Assembly: GCF_001194135.2 (NCBI RefSeq)
Contig: NC_068983.1
Coordinates: forward strand, 111,192,845 to 111,256,844
DNA from: Octopus bimaculoides
Taxonomy: Eukaryota
DNA length: 64,000 nt
Reading direction: 5' to 3'
Positions 13,330 through 27,441 of this stretch are shown piece after piece. Position 1 is the first letter of the stretch. Each line of letters opens with the position of its first letter. Position numbers and translations under genes: made by a program. The notes beneath the pieces were generated by a model that saw only the letters and a list, made by a program, of their open reading frames with translations, did not search any database and was not told the DNA's origin.

Positions 13330-15080
13330 TACTTAATAGCATTTTACGCAGAATATGCTTCAATGTTTTGATTTGTATTATTAAAATGTTCTAGGATATT
13401 TTTTTATTCTTTCTCCGTACTCTGCAGCACAATTATTGGTGATCCTACAATAGCTGGGACTATATTTGTTTCTATTCTCCACATTTTCCCTGGTTGAATT
13501 TCAGATCCTTGTATTTCGAGACTTGTTTTGTCCCTTTTAACGAAATGTTACTGTTATTTGGGCAAGCCATTATAGTCTGACCAACTTGCTCTTAACTCTA
13601 TGCTAGCATATATTCGCATGCCGTAACGAATTACATGTATTTCACTTTCTGCTGCAGCCTCCAGCACACACACGTTTCATTTTTCTGCAGTTGGTGACTT
13701 TATTTCATTCCGTATGTTCTAATTATGTTATGTAGTAACTCTGTCATGTTTACTAATATATTATGAAACAAACAGTCTGATCGACACATCAAACAGCATA
13801 CCTCTGTCAATGTTTAACTGGGAGAAATCAAAGCTAAACTACAAATACGTATCAGGCTTTCACTTTGCTCTTTTGGTTATGATCTCGAAGCTAGGTGTGG
13901 TTCTGTCATTTGTCACAATCCATCTACTCTTTAATTTATTTTTGAACAAAAATAAAAAATGTAGGGGGAGTGCTTTCAGTTTTTTTTTATGCCTTCATTT
14001 TAAGTGCTCTCTGTTTTAACTATATTTCTAATTATTAAATCACTATTGTTGCACTAATCTTTTCAGTAGTGTAAGCTGTTTAGTGCTAAGTGTATTTGTG
14101 TTACGTGAGGAATCCGTATGTAGAGTACCTATCTCTGTTAAATATATTGAGTGTTACCTATAGTTGCCGACATGTTTTAGAAATTATTCCCGATTTAGAC
14201 GATTTTTGATAGTAAAGTATTGCTTTTGTGTAATTATGGATAGTGAGAAAATGTTGTAGCACATTTCTGAGTCACACTTTTTCCACAGATCGTTCCCTAT
14301 ACAGAATTGTAGATCTGGGTCAAGTGAAATCCGTGTCAGAGCGCCTGGCATAGGGAATTTTCACAAGCACTCATAATTCTCAACAAACGAGAAATGTAGT
14401 AAATGGTATTCCAACTCTTGTTGTCTAGAAAAGGTTGATTGTGAACAGGATAGACGCAACCTCACTGAGTCTCTTAACGTCAACTAGGGTCATATCAGCA
14501 GACTATTCCGAAAGATGTTTAGTCCGAATTGTAGAAAGCTCCCAGACATGCCTGACTAGCAATTCTGCAATCCATAGAAATGCCAGTTAAGGATAAACAC
14601 AATGGAATTGTTAATACCGCCATTCAGGCCTGTCCTACATGCATGTAAAGCAACTAAACTGTTTTGAACTCATTCAATGTCTGAACGGTGCTAATTTATA
14701 AGTTATGGCAAACAGATTTTGTAGCGTGTGTAGGGTCAGGCCCGGTTGATAGCCGAATCCATCATGAAAATTGCTCCACTGTTTTCTTTTTGACAGGAAG
14801 AGCAAGCTAATTCCAAACAAGATCGAAAGGATTGGGAACTAACACTTTACTCTTCAGACAAATCCTCATCAAATTCTTTAACTTCAACTTTGAGAAAAAA
14901 AAGTGAGTATTAGGAATGCAGACAGATCTTTAGTGAATTTGTTGAAAGTTGGTGTAGATTACGGTAATGGCTGTATGGGTTGGAGATCAAAGCTAGGAAA
15001 TTTTCCTTGGTGTTCGCATTAATCCTGTATGTGTAGCGTTCCTTGATTGGTCTTCTGTGAAGCTCACCTATAGGGACGTC
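13330..15080 (-). mobile_element. Very degraded LINE ORF2 (linker plus RT) remnant
   Basis: Scattered RT-like peptide traces broken by many stops; clade not assignable. Confidence 0.35.
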
Positions 15081-15284
15081 TCATTTTGTTTCTTTTAAAC
15101 ACTATTCTTCAACAGGTCTGTTTTCGTAAGTAATTGTAAGTAAAGCCCTGCTATTTTTGTATTTTCTTTTTCTGGATGTCCCCTTCTCTCTCCTCCTAGT
15201 AGAAAACAGAAGATAGTAATATTGTATTGCCAAAAGTTTCGAGATTTTTCAGCACTATAATATGCACACCCCCATGATAGTTTC

Positions 15285-15356
15285 ATCATTTCTATCATCA
15301 TAATCATCATCATCATCATCATCATCATTATCATCATCATCATTATCATCATCATT

Positions 15357-15411
<55 letters not shown>
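15285..15411. repeat. (CAT)n microsatellite
   Basis: Directly visible; source of the poly-Met and poly-Asp ORFs. Confidence 0.97.
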
Positions 15412-16012
15412 CTGCCTTTAATATTTTCTGAATCGATAAAGGAAGTTTGAGTCAAGTGTTAGGTTCGATATAATCGACTGCTCTTTCACCGTCACCGTAA
15501 CCGCCACCACCGAAAAGAGAAAGATTGGTATGCGGCCTTCGTGTTTATACTAAAAGTCATCATTATTATATAACAATTATGGTGGCGGTTGGTAGAATCG
15601 GTAGGGTAACCGATAAAATTTCTTTCGGCAATTAGTTACAACCTTTTAAATTCCGAATTCCTCAGATGTTGACTTTTCGTTTCATTCTTCTAGGATCGAT
15701 GAAATATGTACTGTTCAAGTACTAGAATCGATTAAAATCGATTGCCAATATTAGAAATTATTTACGTCAATATTAGAAATTATTATTATTAACAGTAATC
15801 AGGGCGGTAGAGTAGCAAATATAGTAAATTGGTAAACTCTGTACATTAAAGTGTTTAGTATCGACCCCACTCTGTATTTTCACATTTTAATTCTGCAGGG
15901 CTGCTGGTATTTGCCTTTCATTAAACTGTAGTTGTTAACGTACCGGTTATGAATTGAGCTTGATTCAAGCAATTTTGCCCATTCCATGCCAATTATATGA
16001 CCCCTTGACAAT

Positions 16013-16044
<32 letters not shown>

Positions 16045-16779
16045 CCACCACCACCACCGCCGCAACCACCACCACCACCACTATCATCATCATCATCATC
16101 ATCATCACCATCATCATCACCATTGTCATCGGTAGAAGCAGCAGTAGTAGTTGTAGCAGCAGCAGATGCAGTACTAGATGTATTATATTTGGTATTTGTT
16201 AATTTTTCATTAGTATTGTCCTAATTAGCACCCCTACATCTTCTATCTCTTGTCAGTAATCATGACCATAATCATCATGATCATCATGATCATCGCCAAT
16301 GTTCGGGTCGTCGTCGTCGTCGTTGTCTTTATTCTCCTGTCGTCATCGATGGCCTCTGTGACGCCGTGATTCTTTTTTCGTTTATGTTGCAGTTCTTATC
16401 TTTATTTATTTATTCATTGATTTATTTATTTATTTATTTATTCTTAAATGAAAATTGTATAAGAATTGGGAAACAAATCTAGAAAATAATTAAAATTTCT
16501 TTACATTGAACAACATCATTCATATTACCACTCTCACCAGCCACAAAACAACAACAACAACAGCAGCAACAGCTCTAATAGCAAGAACAAACATTTTTTC
16601 CAGTAATTTATATATATTTATACTGTTTTTGGTGTCAGATTTTTCTTGTTCATGTTATTCATTTCCAATTAATTTTTGCCTATTTTTTTAGTGTTTCCGA
16701 AAATTGCTATTTGCGTGAGATTTTCTCATATCACCATTTCACTTTCTATTTTTTTATATAGTATTTTTTGTTATTCATG

Positions 16780-17260
16780 TGGTGGAGGTGCAGAGCCCAG
16801 GATCTTCGTAAAACCTTCTACACTGATAAGATTGATGTGGTTGATGTTTAGATGTAGATTTGTAGGAAAATTGTTTTATAGGAAAGCAATTTTGTAGAGG
16901 ATGTAATGAGCAAAGCATTTAGTGTATGTTACGAAGAGTATGCTACAGCAGACATGACGAGAATCTAATTGCTACTCCAGAGTAACAGAGCCTGTTGTAG
17001 TAACAGTTGAAGATATATTTAAAAGAAACAGAACAAATGCGTGACAGTGGTGGTTATAAAATTAACGAATATGTACACAGACTTTGCCGATTGGTTAAGA
17101 CGATTGTTTTACAACCATGAGGTACCGAGATCAGTCCTACTGCGTGAAAAATTGGGTAATTGACTTTAACAGGTTAAAAGTTGATCCAAACCACGTGTAT
17201 AAAATCGATGAAAACAGAGAGTGGTGTAGAAGGCCTTCGATGGACGGCACCCCATTGATA
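16780..17260 (+). mobile_element. Degraded RTE-like LINE 3' end
   Basis: RYRDQ...DFNRLKVDPNHVYKIDENREWCRR resembles the RTE C-terminal RWxD...D...A.DR..WR pattern. Confidence 0.5.
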
Positions 17261-17689
17261 TGGCTTTGCGCTAAGGCCACATGCATCCGTGATATACTTT
17301 GTCGCTTGTACATTAATGAGCAGGTACTTCACTTAGTTGAAACCAACAGATCATCTTCATAGGAGCTTGTGAGTATTTGCCAGTCAACCAAATATTTTTG
17401 CTTGTTTTGCAATACTAGATGAAGTATGTATGTTTGCATGTGTTTGCGTGTATTTGTGTATGTCGTTTTGTGTGTGCATATGGGTGAGGCGGTGGTGTAG
17501 CAACACAACTTCAGATATCTTAGCAATACTCAGATTTGAGTTATATTCGATCACATTAAAGGGCTAGCAATTGAATGGTGATAAAGAGGAGCCTACATTT
17601 AGGATGCAGATTTAGCAGTTACGCTACTTATAAGGTTGCTATAAGCAATCATAGAGTGAGCGTAAAATTTAATATCCGTAGTGACTTCG

Positions 17690-18029
17690 AGAGTTTTAAT
17701 TGTGTGTTTGTCATGATTAAGGTGTGGTTTCCAGGACCGGGCTGCGTGTTATGTTCTTGAGCAAGACTTTTTATTTCACGTTGCTCCAGTTCATTCAACT
17801 GTAGAAATGAGTTGCGACGTCACTGGTACCAAGCTGTATCGGCCTTGCTTTTCCTTTACATAACATCGGTGGCGTGGAGAGGAGAGGCTGGTAGGCATGG
17901 GCGACTGCTGGTATTCCCCAAAACAACCTTAGGTTGTTCGTTTGCTGGTGAGGCGAGTTTCTACCTTGACCTGTACCCGGAGGGGAACCACTTAGGTTCC
18001 CCCATGGGCATTCATGACCGACGGAGTCG

Positions 18030-18030
<1 letters not shown>
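17690..18030 (+). mobile_element. tRNA-derived SINE with (TA)n tail
   Basis: B-box-like head, conserved core (TGTTCTTGAGCAAGAC...GTTGCTCCAGT) and 3' end running into (TA)n. Confidence 0.8.
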
Positions 18031-18064
<34 letters not shown>

Positions 18065-18334
18065 NNNNNNNNNNNNNNNNNNNNNNNNNNNNNNNNNNNN
18101 NNNNNNNNNNNNNNNNNNNNNNNNNNNNNNNNNNNNNNNNNNNNNNNNNNNNNNNNNNNNNNNNNNNNNNNNNNNNNNNNNNNNNNNNNNNNNNNNNNNN
18201 NNNNNNNNNNNNNNNNNNNNNNNNNNNNNNNNNNNNNNNNNNNNNNNNNNNNNNNNNNNNNNNNNNNNNNNNNNNNNNNNNNNNNNNNNNNNNNNNNNNN
18301 NNNNNNNNNNNNNNNATATATATATATATATATA

Positions 18335-18765
18335 CAGGGTGCAATGCATAAAGTGTCGTCTAAATTACGCAAAAATTAAAATAAAACTGATCTCTCATTT
18401 TAACAGATATATCTACCAAAGCTACATAAAAATATCTTGAAATACTAAAGATTAAATTTATTCAATAAAATCGCCATTGGCTTCAACTACGGCCTCCAGA
18501 CGGCTTCGGAATCTTCTGGATCTCTTCTGGATGGTCTCCTTGTTTAACTTGGTGAACGCTGCCATAATACTTGCCTTCAATTCCTCTTTGGTGTTACAAG
18601 GAATTTTGTTGGTCTTTCGCTCAACTGCGCCCCGCACATAATAATCAAGAGGGTTGCAGTCTGAGGAGTTAGGGGGCCAGATGTTAGGGATGATGTGGTC
18701 GCAGAAATTGTCTGACAACCATCACTGGCTTCTCTTGCTTATGTAGCATGATGCAGAATCCTGTA
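18335..18765 (-). mobile_element. Tc1/mariner DD37D (maT-type) transposon 3' fragment with one terminus
   Basis: QDSASCYISKRSQ*WLSDNF...WPPNSSDCNPLDYY with 37 residues between the two Asp residues by my count; terminus TA|CAGGGTG at 18333-18341. Confidence 0.85.
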
Positions 18766-21529
18766 GTCATTTTTGTTGGGTTTAAACAAAGAATTGCATA
18801 TGAAAAATTCGATCCATTCATTTTTTCTTTCGTTAAATTATGAGGCACCGGAATATCACAGTGATTCATGTATCAAAATATTTTTAAATGCCTTATAACA
18901 CTCATATGAAATATGTGAAGTGCCTCTGTGATAGCTTGTGCAATGTGATCTGGATTATTTTTGATTACCTTTTTGAATTGGTCATCCTGAATGACTTTAG
19001 GCTTGCTTAGAGCGCTCACCTCTTTCAGATCAGAACTGTCACTCCTAAACATAGTGATGACTTACGAGCAGTCCTTTCAGCCATGGCACTATTTCCATAC
19101 ACTGCACATATTTTGTTTCTGTTTCACGGCCAAAAAGTTAAGCTATCGAAATGGGTATATTTAGACTTTTCCAAAACCAAGAATAAATTCGCAGTTCAGC
19201 AAAAAACTTTATGCATGCTTTTCTATCCAATAATTTTTTACGAGTATTCAAATTTAATTAAAAATCGGAAAGTTTCATTTGAAAATAATTAGCTGAATCT
19301 TTATTGAGAATTTAGGAAAAAATGCTTAGCTGTCATTCTTAATGACAAAAATCTGTTTTAGACTCTATAACTGCTAATAACTTTGTACACACACCTTAAA
19401 AGAGGTCACTTTTGTTTTGATGTTTTTGCTGGGTGCTATTGAAGATTTGTTTGGGAGAATTGCTAAAGAATAAAAAAAAAAGCAGGGAAATGTGTGCATT
19501 TTTAGGAATAACATATAGGCGCAAATCTAAGGATAACTTGAAAACCGGGAAAATCCCAGTACTAAGCCATATATTTTTCAGTAGGCTTACAGTAAAGGCT
19601 TTCAGAAAAATGTAGGTTTTGATATTGAAACTCTTACAGTTTTAAAAATATGAGGTAAAATGTACATACAAATGTGAGAAAATTTAGCTTGCGCATGAAT
19701 TACTTCGGAATTTCAAACAAAATCAAATTGAGTTAGTATTTAATATCTACAAAAAATTGGACTTCTTCAGCGATGATGACATATAAATCTTTCACAAATT
19801 CAGTAAAATATATCCATTTTCGAAGTACAGAGAAAATATCCTGGAGCTCAAAGCCAATATTTAATGGAACCCATGACCCCATGAAAGGTGCAACCCGTAA
19901 CGAATTTTGTATCCACCGGTCTTGATATTAAAGTCTAATTTTTAAAAATTTGCGCACAGACTTTCAGAAACCAAACTGGTTGGAATCTGAACATACTTCC
20001 TCTACTCTCCCATCTGACTTAAATACTTGCTCTGCAACAAAAAAAATTATCATACCTTCATATGCCCCAAGAAAGCCTATATTTTAGAGAAATACTACTC
20101 ATACACTACGAAAACATCTAGGAACATTGAGTTCAGCAATGAAATTGTAATAATTTCACTCAGATGGGAAATAATGGAGCAAGCTTTCAGTTTCTACCAT
20201 AATTTTATTACAGTATTAGGTTTATTGTCCTTTTGTAAGTAATTCGTTTTGCAGTAAGGCCATGCTTTTCACATTTATGCATTTATTTCAAAATTACCAG
20301 TGTCTTACAGTCTACTGATAGTGTCAACATGCTTCTCGTTTTGATTGATGTTTTATTGTGGATTAGTTCAAACAGATCATATGATTCACAATAGCCTTCC
20401 AATACATGGTCATCCAGACACCCATGTCTGAAACCACCATTTAGCTCAATTATTTCCTAGCCGTGACCAGGAACATTGTGAAAAGTTGTTGTGATACTAA
20501 TCTATGTTGGTTCTATTTGAATTATCCTTCATTTGTTCAGCATAACATTCATTATCCAGTTTTCTCTTCTATTTTTAACTATAAACTACCTGTCTTTATT
20601 TGATTTAAATTTCTTGAAGTAACCAATTACAGTCTGTTATATTTTTCATTGAGTACACAGTCCATTACCTTCTCCACTAATTCAACTGCAATGTTATAAC
20701 TAGCATCTTGTGAATTGTAAAACATTTTAGGAAGATCTGTCTGTAATTTCCATGTTGTACATAAATAAACATGATTGATTCAAAATCAACACCTTAAGTC
20801 AAACTGTGTAATGTTACACTACCAATCTTTATTCTCTGAATGCAAAAGAAAAATTAATTTATGTTTAATATTGAAAATGTATATGAAGCTAGTCTTTTGT
20901 TATTGCTCAATTCCATTCAATAATAATGCATAAACAAATCCATCTGTTAGCTTTCGGCTTTCTAAATATATTACTAATTAGCACATTATAGTGAATTTAT
21001 ACTGAGCCTGTCAAACAGACTTGATTCCTTTTACATATTATCGAAACAGTTATGATAATCTTAATTCCATCCAATTGTTAGTAAAGATGCAGCTGCCTAA
21101 AGCTCATAATGCATATGATTTTATACCCAAGTTCAGCATAGTGAGTGGTGATACTTACTTGAAAGAATGGTTATTGTCTACTACAAGGGACTCTATAATT
21201 TAAAATCTCATATTTATACTTATCTTGACACCTGACGTAAAAGTCATCTGTTTAATGCTCAAAAATGGATTCCTCGATGAATTTTGTTTGAGAAGACAAG
21301 CTCCTATTTATTTCAATAGCTTTTATTTTTCAAAAATTTTAAGCTGATAGTAAATGTCTTCGAAATGGCCATTTTAGCTCACTGTGTGTTAGAACAGCGG
21401 AAGTAAAAGTATATCAAATGACGAAAATATATCATTTTTTAAATTTTCTTTTTTAACATACACCAACAATAGAAACAAACTATCCACGCAGTAATCGTAT
21501 AGAAAAACATGTTGAAATCAAAAGCATCA

Positions 21530-21750
21530 GTTTTAGGGACCAACATCTCTTCAATATCGTCAGAAAAATACAAAAAAAAAACCCTGAGAGACCTACTTGT
21601 TGTGGGTCTAAGCTTCTTCAGAAGAAAACTAGATCTCCTCCTCTCGAGAGTTCTGGATGAGCCTACCTCAGGGTAAGAAACGCAGATGAGGGCAGCTGCA
21701 TCAAACTCCTTCGTTCTCCAAATATCACGTACCGGAGTAGGTGTCAAGTA
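21530..21750 (+). mobile_element. CR1-like LINE extreme 3' end
   Basis: LRDLLVVGLSFFRRKLDLLLSRVLDEP...QMRAAASNS matches the F(K/R)RKLD..L..(I/V)PDEP...SNS terminus type. Confidence 0.7.
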
Positions 21751-22182
21751 GTGAAGAAATAACAGAGCTGATAGTGGTGCCCCAGCGTAGCCGCAGCACT
21801 CGAGCTGTGGCTAAGTAATGAGTTAAAGAGTTACACATACACACTCGCAAATACCGCATACATACATACATACATACATACATACATCTATGCTTCTAGC
21901 ATGTGGGAAACGAAATCGCAGGTTCAGACGACAACAATTGAAAAGGACAGGAAGAGTTATTCCAACACCATATTTTAAGAAAGTTCAGAAGATTAATAGG
22001 TGTCAAACAGACCCTGCTTCAGGAATACATTCATTTTAATCTGTTAAACACAATTTAGTTCTTAACCTTTCGTACTTCATTGTATATTTTGAGCATATAT
22101 TTTGGCAGTTCCAGAAAACAGAAAAAGCCAGAAATCTGGGCCACTTCCAGTCCCAAGCTTGTCGTATTACACACGCACACAC

Positions 22183-22216
<34 letters not shown>

Positions 22217-23599
22217 NNNNNNNNNNNNNNNNNNNNNNNNNNNNNNNNNNNNNNNNNNNNNNNNNNNNNNNNNNNNNNNNNNNNNNNNNNNNNNNNNNNN
22301 NNNNNNNNNNNNNNNNNNNNNNNNNNNNNNNNNNNNNNNNNNNNNNNNNNNNNNNNNNNNNNNNNNNNNNNNNNNNNNNNNNNNNNNNNNNNNNNNNNNN
22401 CATACATAAAGATTGTATATTTAGGCTGTTGAGGAACGGCCTTAACGTATGATCACATTGAAATGTTCCTGAGTTTCTGTTCATGGAGAACATACATATT
22501 CTTTTATTTTATTCATTATTCTATCTAGGTGTTAATGTAGGAAGATGTGCTTTACAAAGGTCCTACTACTAATGAAATTTTCTTTCTAATTTTTGGTTAA
22601 ATAGGTCTCCTTTCTCTACGTTTACTGTGAATTACTAACATAAAGTTTTCAGATATGTAATAATTGTCTATTGTTCTTGATCCGGAGAGAAAAAAGATGT
22701 TCACTTTTACATTGATTCTTTTGTTGTTTTCAGTAACGAGCGGTTATTTGCAGTTTCACTGTCTTCAATCTAATGACTTCAGAGATAATTACCACAAAAA
22801 TAGTAGGAGCTACGATAACGAAAACAGAACAAAATGGTCCTCACGTTTTAAAACCAGATTACCACATACTTGTAAAAACAATAATAGCAGGCGACGTGAC
22901 AAGTAAACAAGCGTCTATGAACAATCGCAAATTGAACAATTAAAAATAATATTAATGTTGTTAACGTCAATTGAAGCAAGAGAAACAATAGCAGTAACAT
23001 CATAAACTCTGCGGTGTACACTAACAGCTGCAGTAATAATAGTCATAACAACAACGAAAATATTGTCAACAACAATGATACAGAAACATGTTTTCTGGCA
23101 TATAAACATATAAGGAAATACTGGATGTATAATAGCCACTGGAATTATAAAATATTTGGAAGAGTCAAGTCACAAAAGTAAATGCTTCTTTGATTGAAGA
23201 TTTTGTATAACACAGGTCACATACTGCTGTTTCAAACCAAAGAAAATAGAGAGTGCTTCCTCATGCTTTCGAAAGAAAATTTCGAATTCATTGGTACAAA
23301 TTGACACGAACTGTACTTTTTACCTAGGCAATGTCTATGGAAAAGTACTCCTTAATTTTTTAGCCTGAATATAAAGCGAGGATGCAATCGTGACCTGAGT
23401 GCTACATGCTAGTACTGACACAGTACATGAACATAAGAAAGACGAGCATGACAGTGTGGTTTACTGACATTCATTTCAACTGTTGCTCATTACCAGTTTC
23501 CCATTACTGAAGTGAGCCCCAGAAACATTTGGTTGAGTAAGATCTACCTAGACCCCTATGGTATGATTATCGTCAAAGACCATAAAGCCATCCTATATA

Positions 23600-24500
23600 G
23601 AACGCAGTAAAGGGACTAATTACAATGATTGTTCAGGACAGAAAGAACTCTTGCAACATGTGTAGTAGAAGAAATCACTTCTTTTCTGCCCAAAATAGAA
23701 GATGCAAAATAGAAGATCGCAAGCGAAACCACAAAAGCAGCTCCAGGTTTTCGGATAATTGGAGAAAAATCTCTGCCACTGTTGTGTTAGAACACCATTG
23801 CTCGATGCTAAGAGGATGTGTGGATTGAAAACATATTCAGTCAGAGGCTCCGAGTTGTGCTCAGGTTTCGTTTGCGAAGATTACCAAAACCTCACCTCGT
23901 AGACACTGACAGCACTTCTCAAGGAGAACATGCAACAGATGTTTGGTACAGACCGCCAGAAATTTATGAATTCCTCAACCTATACCCCAGCCTTTTTGTA
24001 TGCTCTCACGAGCGAGGAAACAATACAGCTGATGATATTTCTTTGTTTCAGAAGCGCACGGTACTCCGATTGCTACAACGAAAGTGCCGACATGTGTTTG
24101 TGATTTGAATCTCTGGTCTTAATATTCACCAGAAATGCACAAAGGCCATCCATGTCTAACAATACTCCGAGGTACACATCCCAATGCTGACACTGCTGAA
24201 TATCGCTTTTCTACCTTTAATTGAGGTTTGGGTTTCTCTGCAAAATCCAGTCCTCATATGCACTGAAACCCAATAGAAAAGGCACATCATGGACGTTAAA
24301 CCGCGATGGGTTTTCTTTAACGGGCCTCAAGTAGTGCGTAATATCTTATTTCAGACTGATGTGTCCTTTGCTGAACTGTTTGAGAGCAAGCATGGATCTT
24401 TGATGACTACGTCGACTGACTTCCGTGATTCGAGGTACAACAGGTATTGTGGTGAGAAAATTTGGTTTCACTCTCTGCAATAATGGGCTCTGTCTGGCTG
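23600..24500 (-). mobile_element. Degraded LINE RT C-terminal remnant
   Basis: YLGVLLD thumb motif near 24180; remainder heavily decayed. Confidence 0.35.
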
Positions 24501-25927
24501 TATGACAAGTAAATAGTCAGAACAGGATAGTGTAGATAGCAATAAGTGACGTACCCCACAGCATTCACCATAAAGTGAAATGTAATGGAAAGAACAAAAC
24601 CACAACAAGTGTTGTAGACTCTCAAAGAAAATGGGAGATAATTTCATGAAATTAAGAATGAATTATCATGCTTATTAAGAGAGGTGGGAGTTATGGACGT
24701 ATTTTTGTTTTAAAAGATTTCATCAGTAACGTAATGTTATCTTATTTCTACTTCGATAATTTCTTTATAATAGAAATGAAACAAAACTTATTATATGTGA
24801 AATTGCCACGGCGCCACTTAGTTATTATTAAAATCTTTGCTTCTTCTGTTTAAATTTTTTCCATTTTCGTTATATTTCATGGAAGAAAAGTAGGGATAGT
24901 CTGAACCCGAAAAGCGCAGAACAAAATTAATTACGATATTTAAATACATCTCTCGTTGCTCTAGTTTTACATGTCACCAATGTCAACTTTGCATTTATGT
25001 TTCAGGGTTCAATAAAATAAGTACCAGTCAGATAGTGAGGTCAACGATCTGCATATGAGAGAATTTTTTGTAATAGCAGTATTTCTTTTCCATTCAGTAT
25101 TGAGTGTCGACTGTGAATTTACATATTTGTCACAATTACATGATGTTCATATTTTACTGCTGCAAATATGTTCACATGACGGCTGCGTCTGTATTTAAGA
25201 TGGTGTGGTGATGATAAAGAAGATAATGATGGTGAGAATATTCGTGATGATGACGATGACAATGACAACCATTATGGCGACAATGATGATTTCGTTATCA
25301 GGCTAATCATAATTATCTATAATAATCATAATAGTCATATATTACAAAGAAATGAAGCCTGAAAGGTATATTATTCATTATTATTGTTTAATCATCTTAG
25401 TATTATATTGTAATGTTTTGTCTGTTGTTCTCATAACAGCAGTAGTGGAAGTCATTGTTTGGTGCTCTAGACAAAACTTTCAAGTGTAAATAAGCATGGT
25501 GAGAAGAATAATAGGACTGTTGTTGTTAAACACAATGCGAGTATCAATTGAACAAATCTATAACTAAATGTATTCCAACCATGACCATCCTTTTTGCCTT
25601 CAGACATAACATATTTCCGGGACATCATCTTCGTTTTCTTTTTTTTTAGACGATAGATGATGTGCATGATGTACGATGGCTATTTCTAAAATATCAAGAC
25701 ATCACTATACAATTTCCTCTGTTGGTTCGTTTTACAGGCGAATAGTTGTTTGTATCAGAATAAATTAAATTAGAAATGAGCATAAAATTTGATTTGTATT
25801 AATGTACTGAGAGATAAAGTTGAGGTCAAGTGACATTTCAGGCCGGTTCCGTTTTCGAACAAAGAAAAAAGTATTAAATACAACAATACAGTAAATATTG
25901 GTGCATTATTGTACCCTTATCTCTCTC

Positions 25928-25958
<31 letters not shown>

Positions 25959-26164
25959 CTCTCTCTCTCTCTTTCTCTNNNNNNNNNNNNNNNNNNNNNN
26001 NNNNNNNNNNNNNNNNNNNNNNNNNNNNNNNNNNNNNNNNNNNNNNNNNNNNNNNNNNNNNNNNNNNNNNNNNNNNNNNNNNNNNNNNNNNNNNNNNNNN
26101 NNNNNNNNNNNNNNNNNNNNNNNNNNNNNNNNNNNNNNNNNNNNNNNNNNNNNNNNNNNNNNNN

Positions 26165-26209
<45 letters not shown>

Positions 26210-26344
26210 CACCCAAATGCACAGGTATAGTCGTTTTGTCCTAAAAATCTGTCGGTCACAGCTACAAGTTCTGGTGTGTATTTCCCTGTAGATACATTTT
26301 CTACGATAGCTTGGTTTTTATAACTCTTGAGTAGAAAACTCTTC

Positions 26345-26620
26345 CGAAGCCCATTGTGTCACTTACTGGTTAGGGTGTTGCGCTCACGTTCATGAGATTG
26401 TGTTTTCGATTCCTAGACGAAGCAATGGCGTTGTGTTCTTGCCAAAAATAATTCATCTCACATTGCTCTGCGATCACTTCGAAATCGGACGTGTAACTCA
26501 CCGTGCACCTGTTCATATGTCGATGTGATAGAACGAGTGAGATAATGTGTAGCACGATCATTTGATCCCTATAAATAAATCATTTGTGCAGACTGTTCAG
26601 TAAGAAATTGCAGGACCGTC
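26345..26620 (+). mobile_element. tRNA-derived SINE
   Basis: A-box-like TGGTTAGGGTG and B-box-like TTCGATTCC, followed by the core shared with the 17690 copy. Confidence 0.75.
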
Positions 26621-27184
26621 TTTTTCGGATCCGAGAGATGACCATACAACAGGCACACATATATATGTGTGTGTGTGTTTGTGTGTGTATCGCCGCAAGA
26701 TGCATCGCACATATAAAATAACTGAACGTTTAATCCATAAACTGATAATTAATGTTACAACAACAGTATGTTCGAATTTAAATTTCAAAATGCAAGCACG
26801 GATTTCATTGAACTGAGAATTTCTGCAACTAGGCAAACAAGTCTCTGCCAGGGTGCAGTATTGACTAATTTCTTTTCTTGTACGAAAGGTTTTCTACTTT
26901 AATCTTATATTTATATATTATAAGAACAAATATTACACATTCTTCAATAGCTATTCGAATATTCAGAGATGAATGCATATACTACTTTACTACCACCGTA
27001 CAAGCAAAATAGAAACGTTTGGGGGACGTCATGCGATCGGTTGAACCCTTCTTCTGACGTCTTAGGTATGTTTCAAAGTAGTTTAAACTAACCGTCCGTA
27101 TAAATTATTATCTTTATAAAACTCTTCTTTTTCATATTTTTATATTGTTACTATTCAGTCTAAGAAAATTTCTAATATACGCAC

Positions 27185-27441
<257 letters not shown>

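Noticed and set aside
15095-15455. Poly-Met and poly-Asp ORFs
   Set aside because: Translations of a (CAT)n microsatellite.
17173-17323. Apparent 151-bp exon (TTTAACAG|...GAGCAG|GTACTT) with one open frame
   Set aside because: The peptide and upstream sequence fit a decayed RTE C-terminus, and no partner exons were found.
19080-21300. Possible DNA transposon ends and transposase remnant
   Set aside because: No TIR pair, TSD or catalytic motif could be established.
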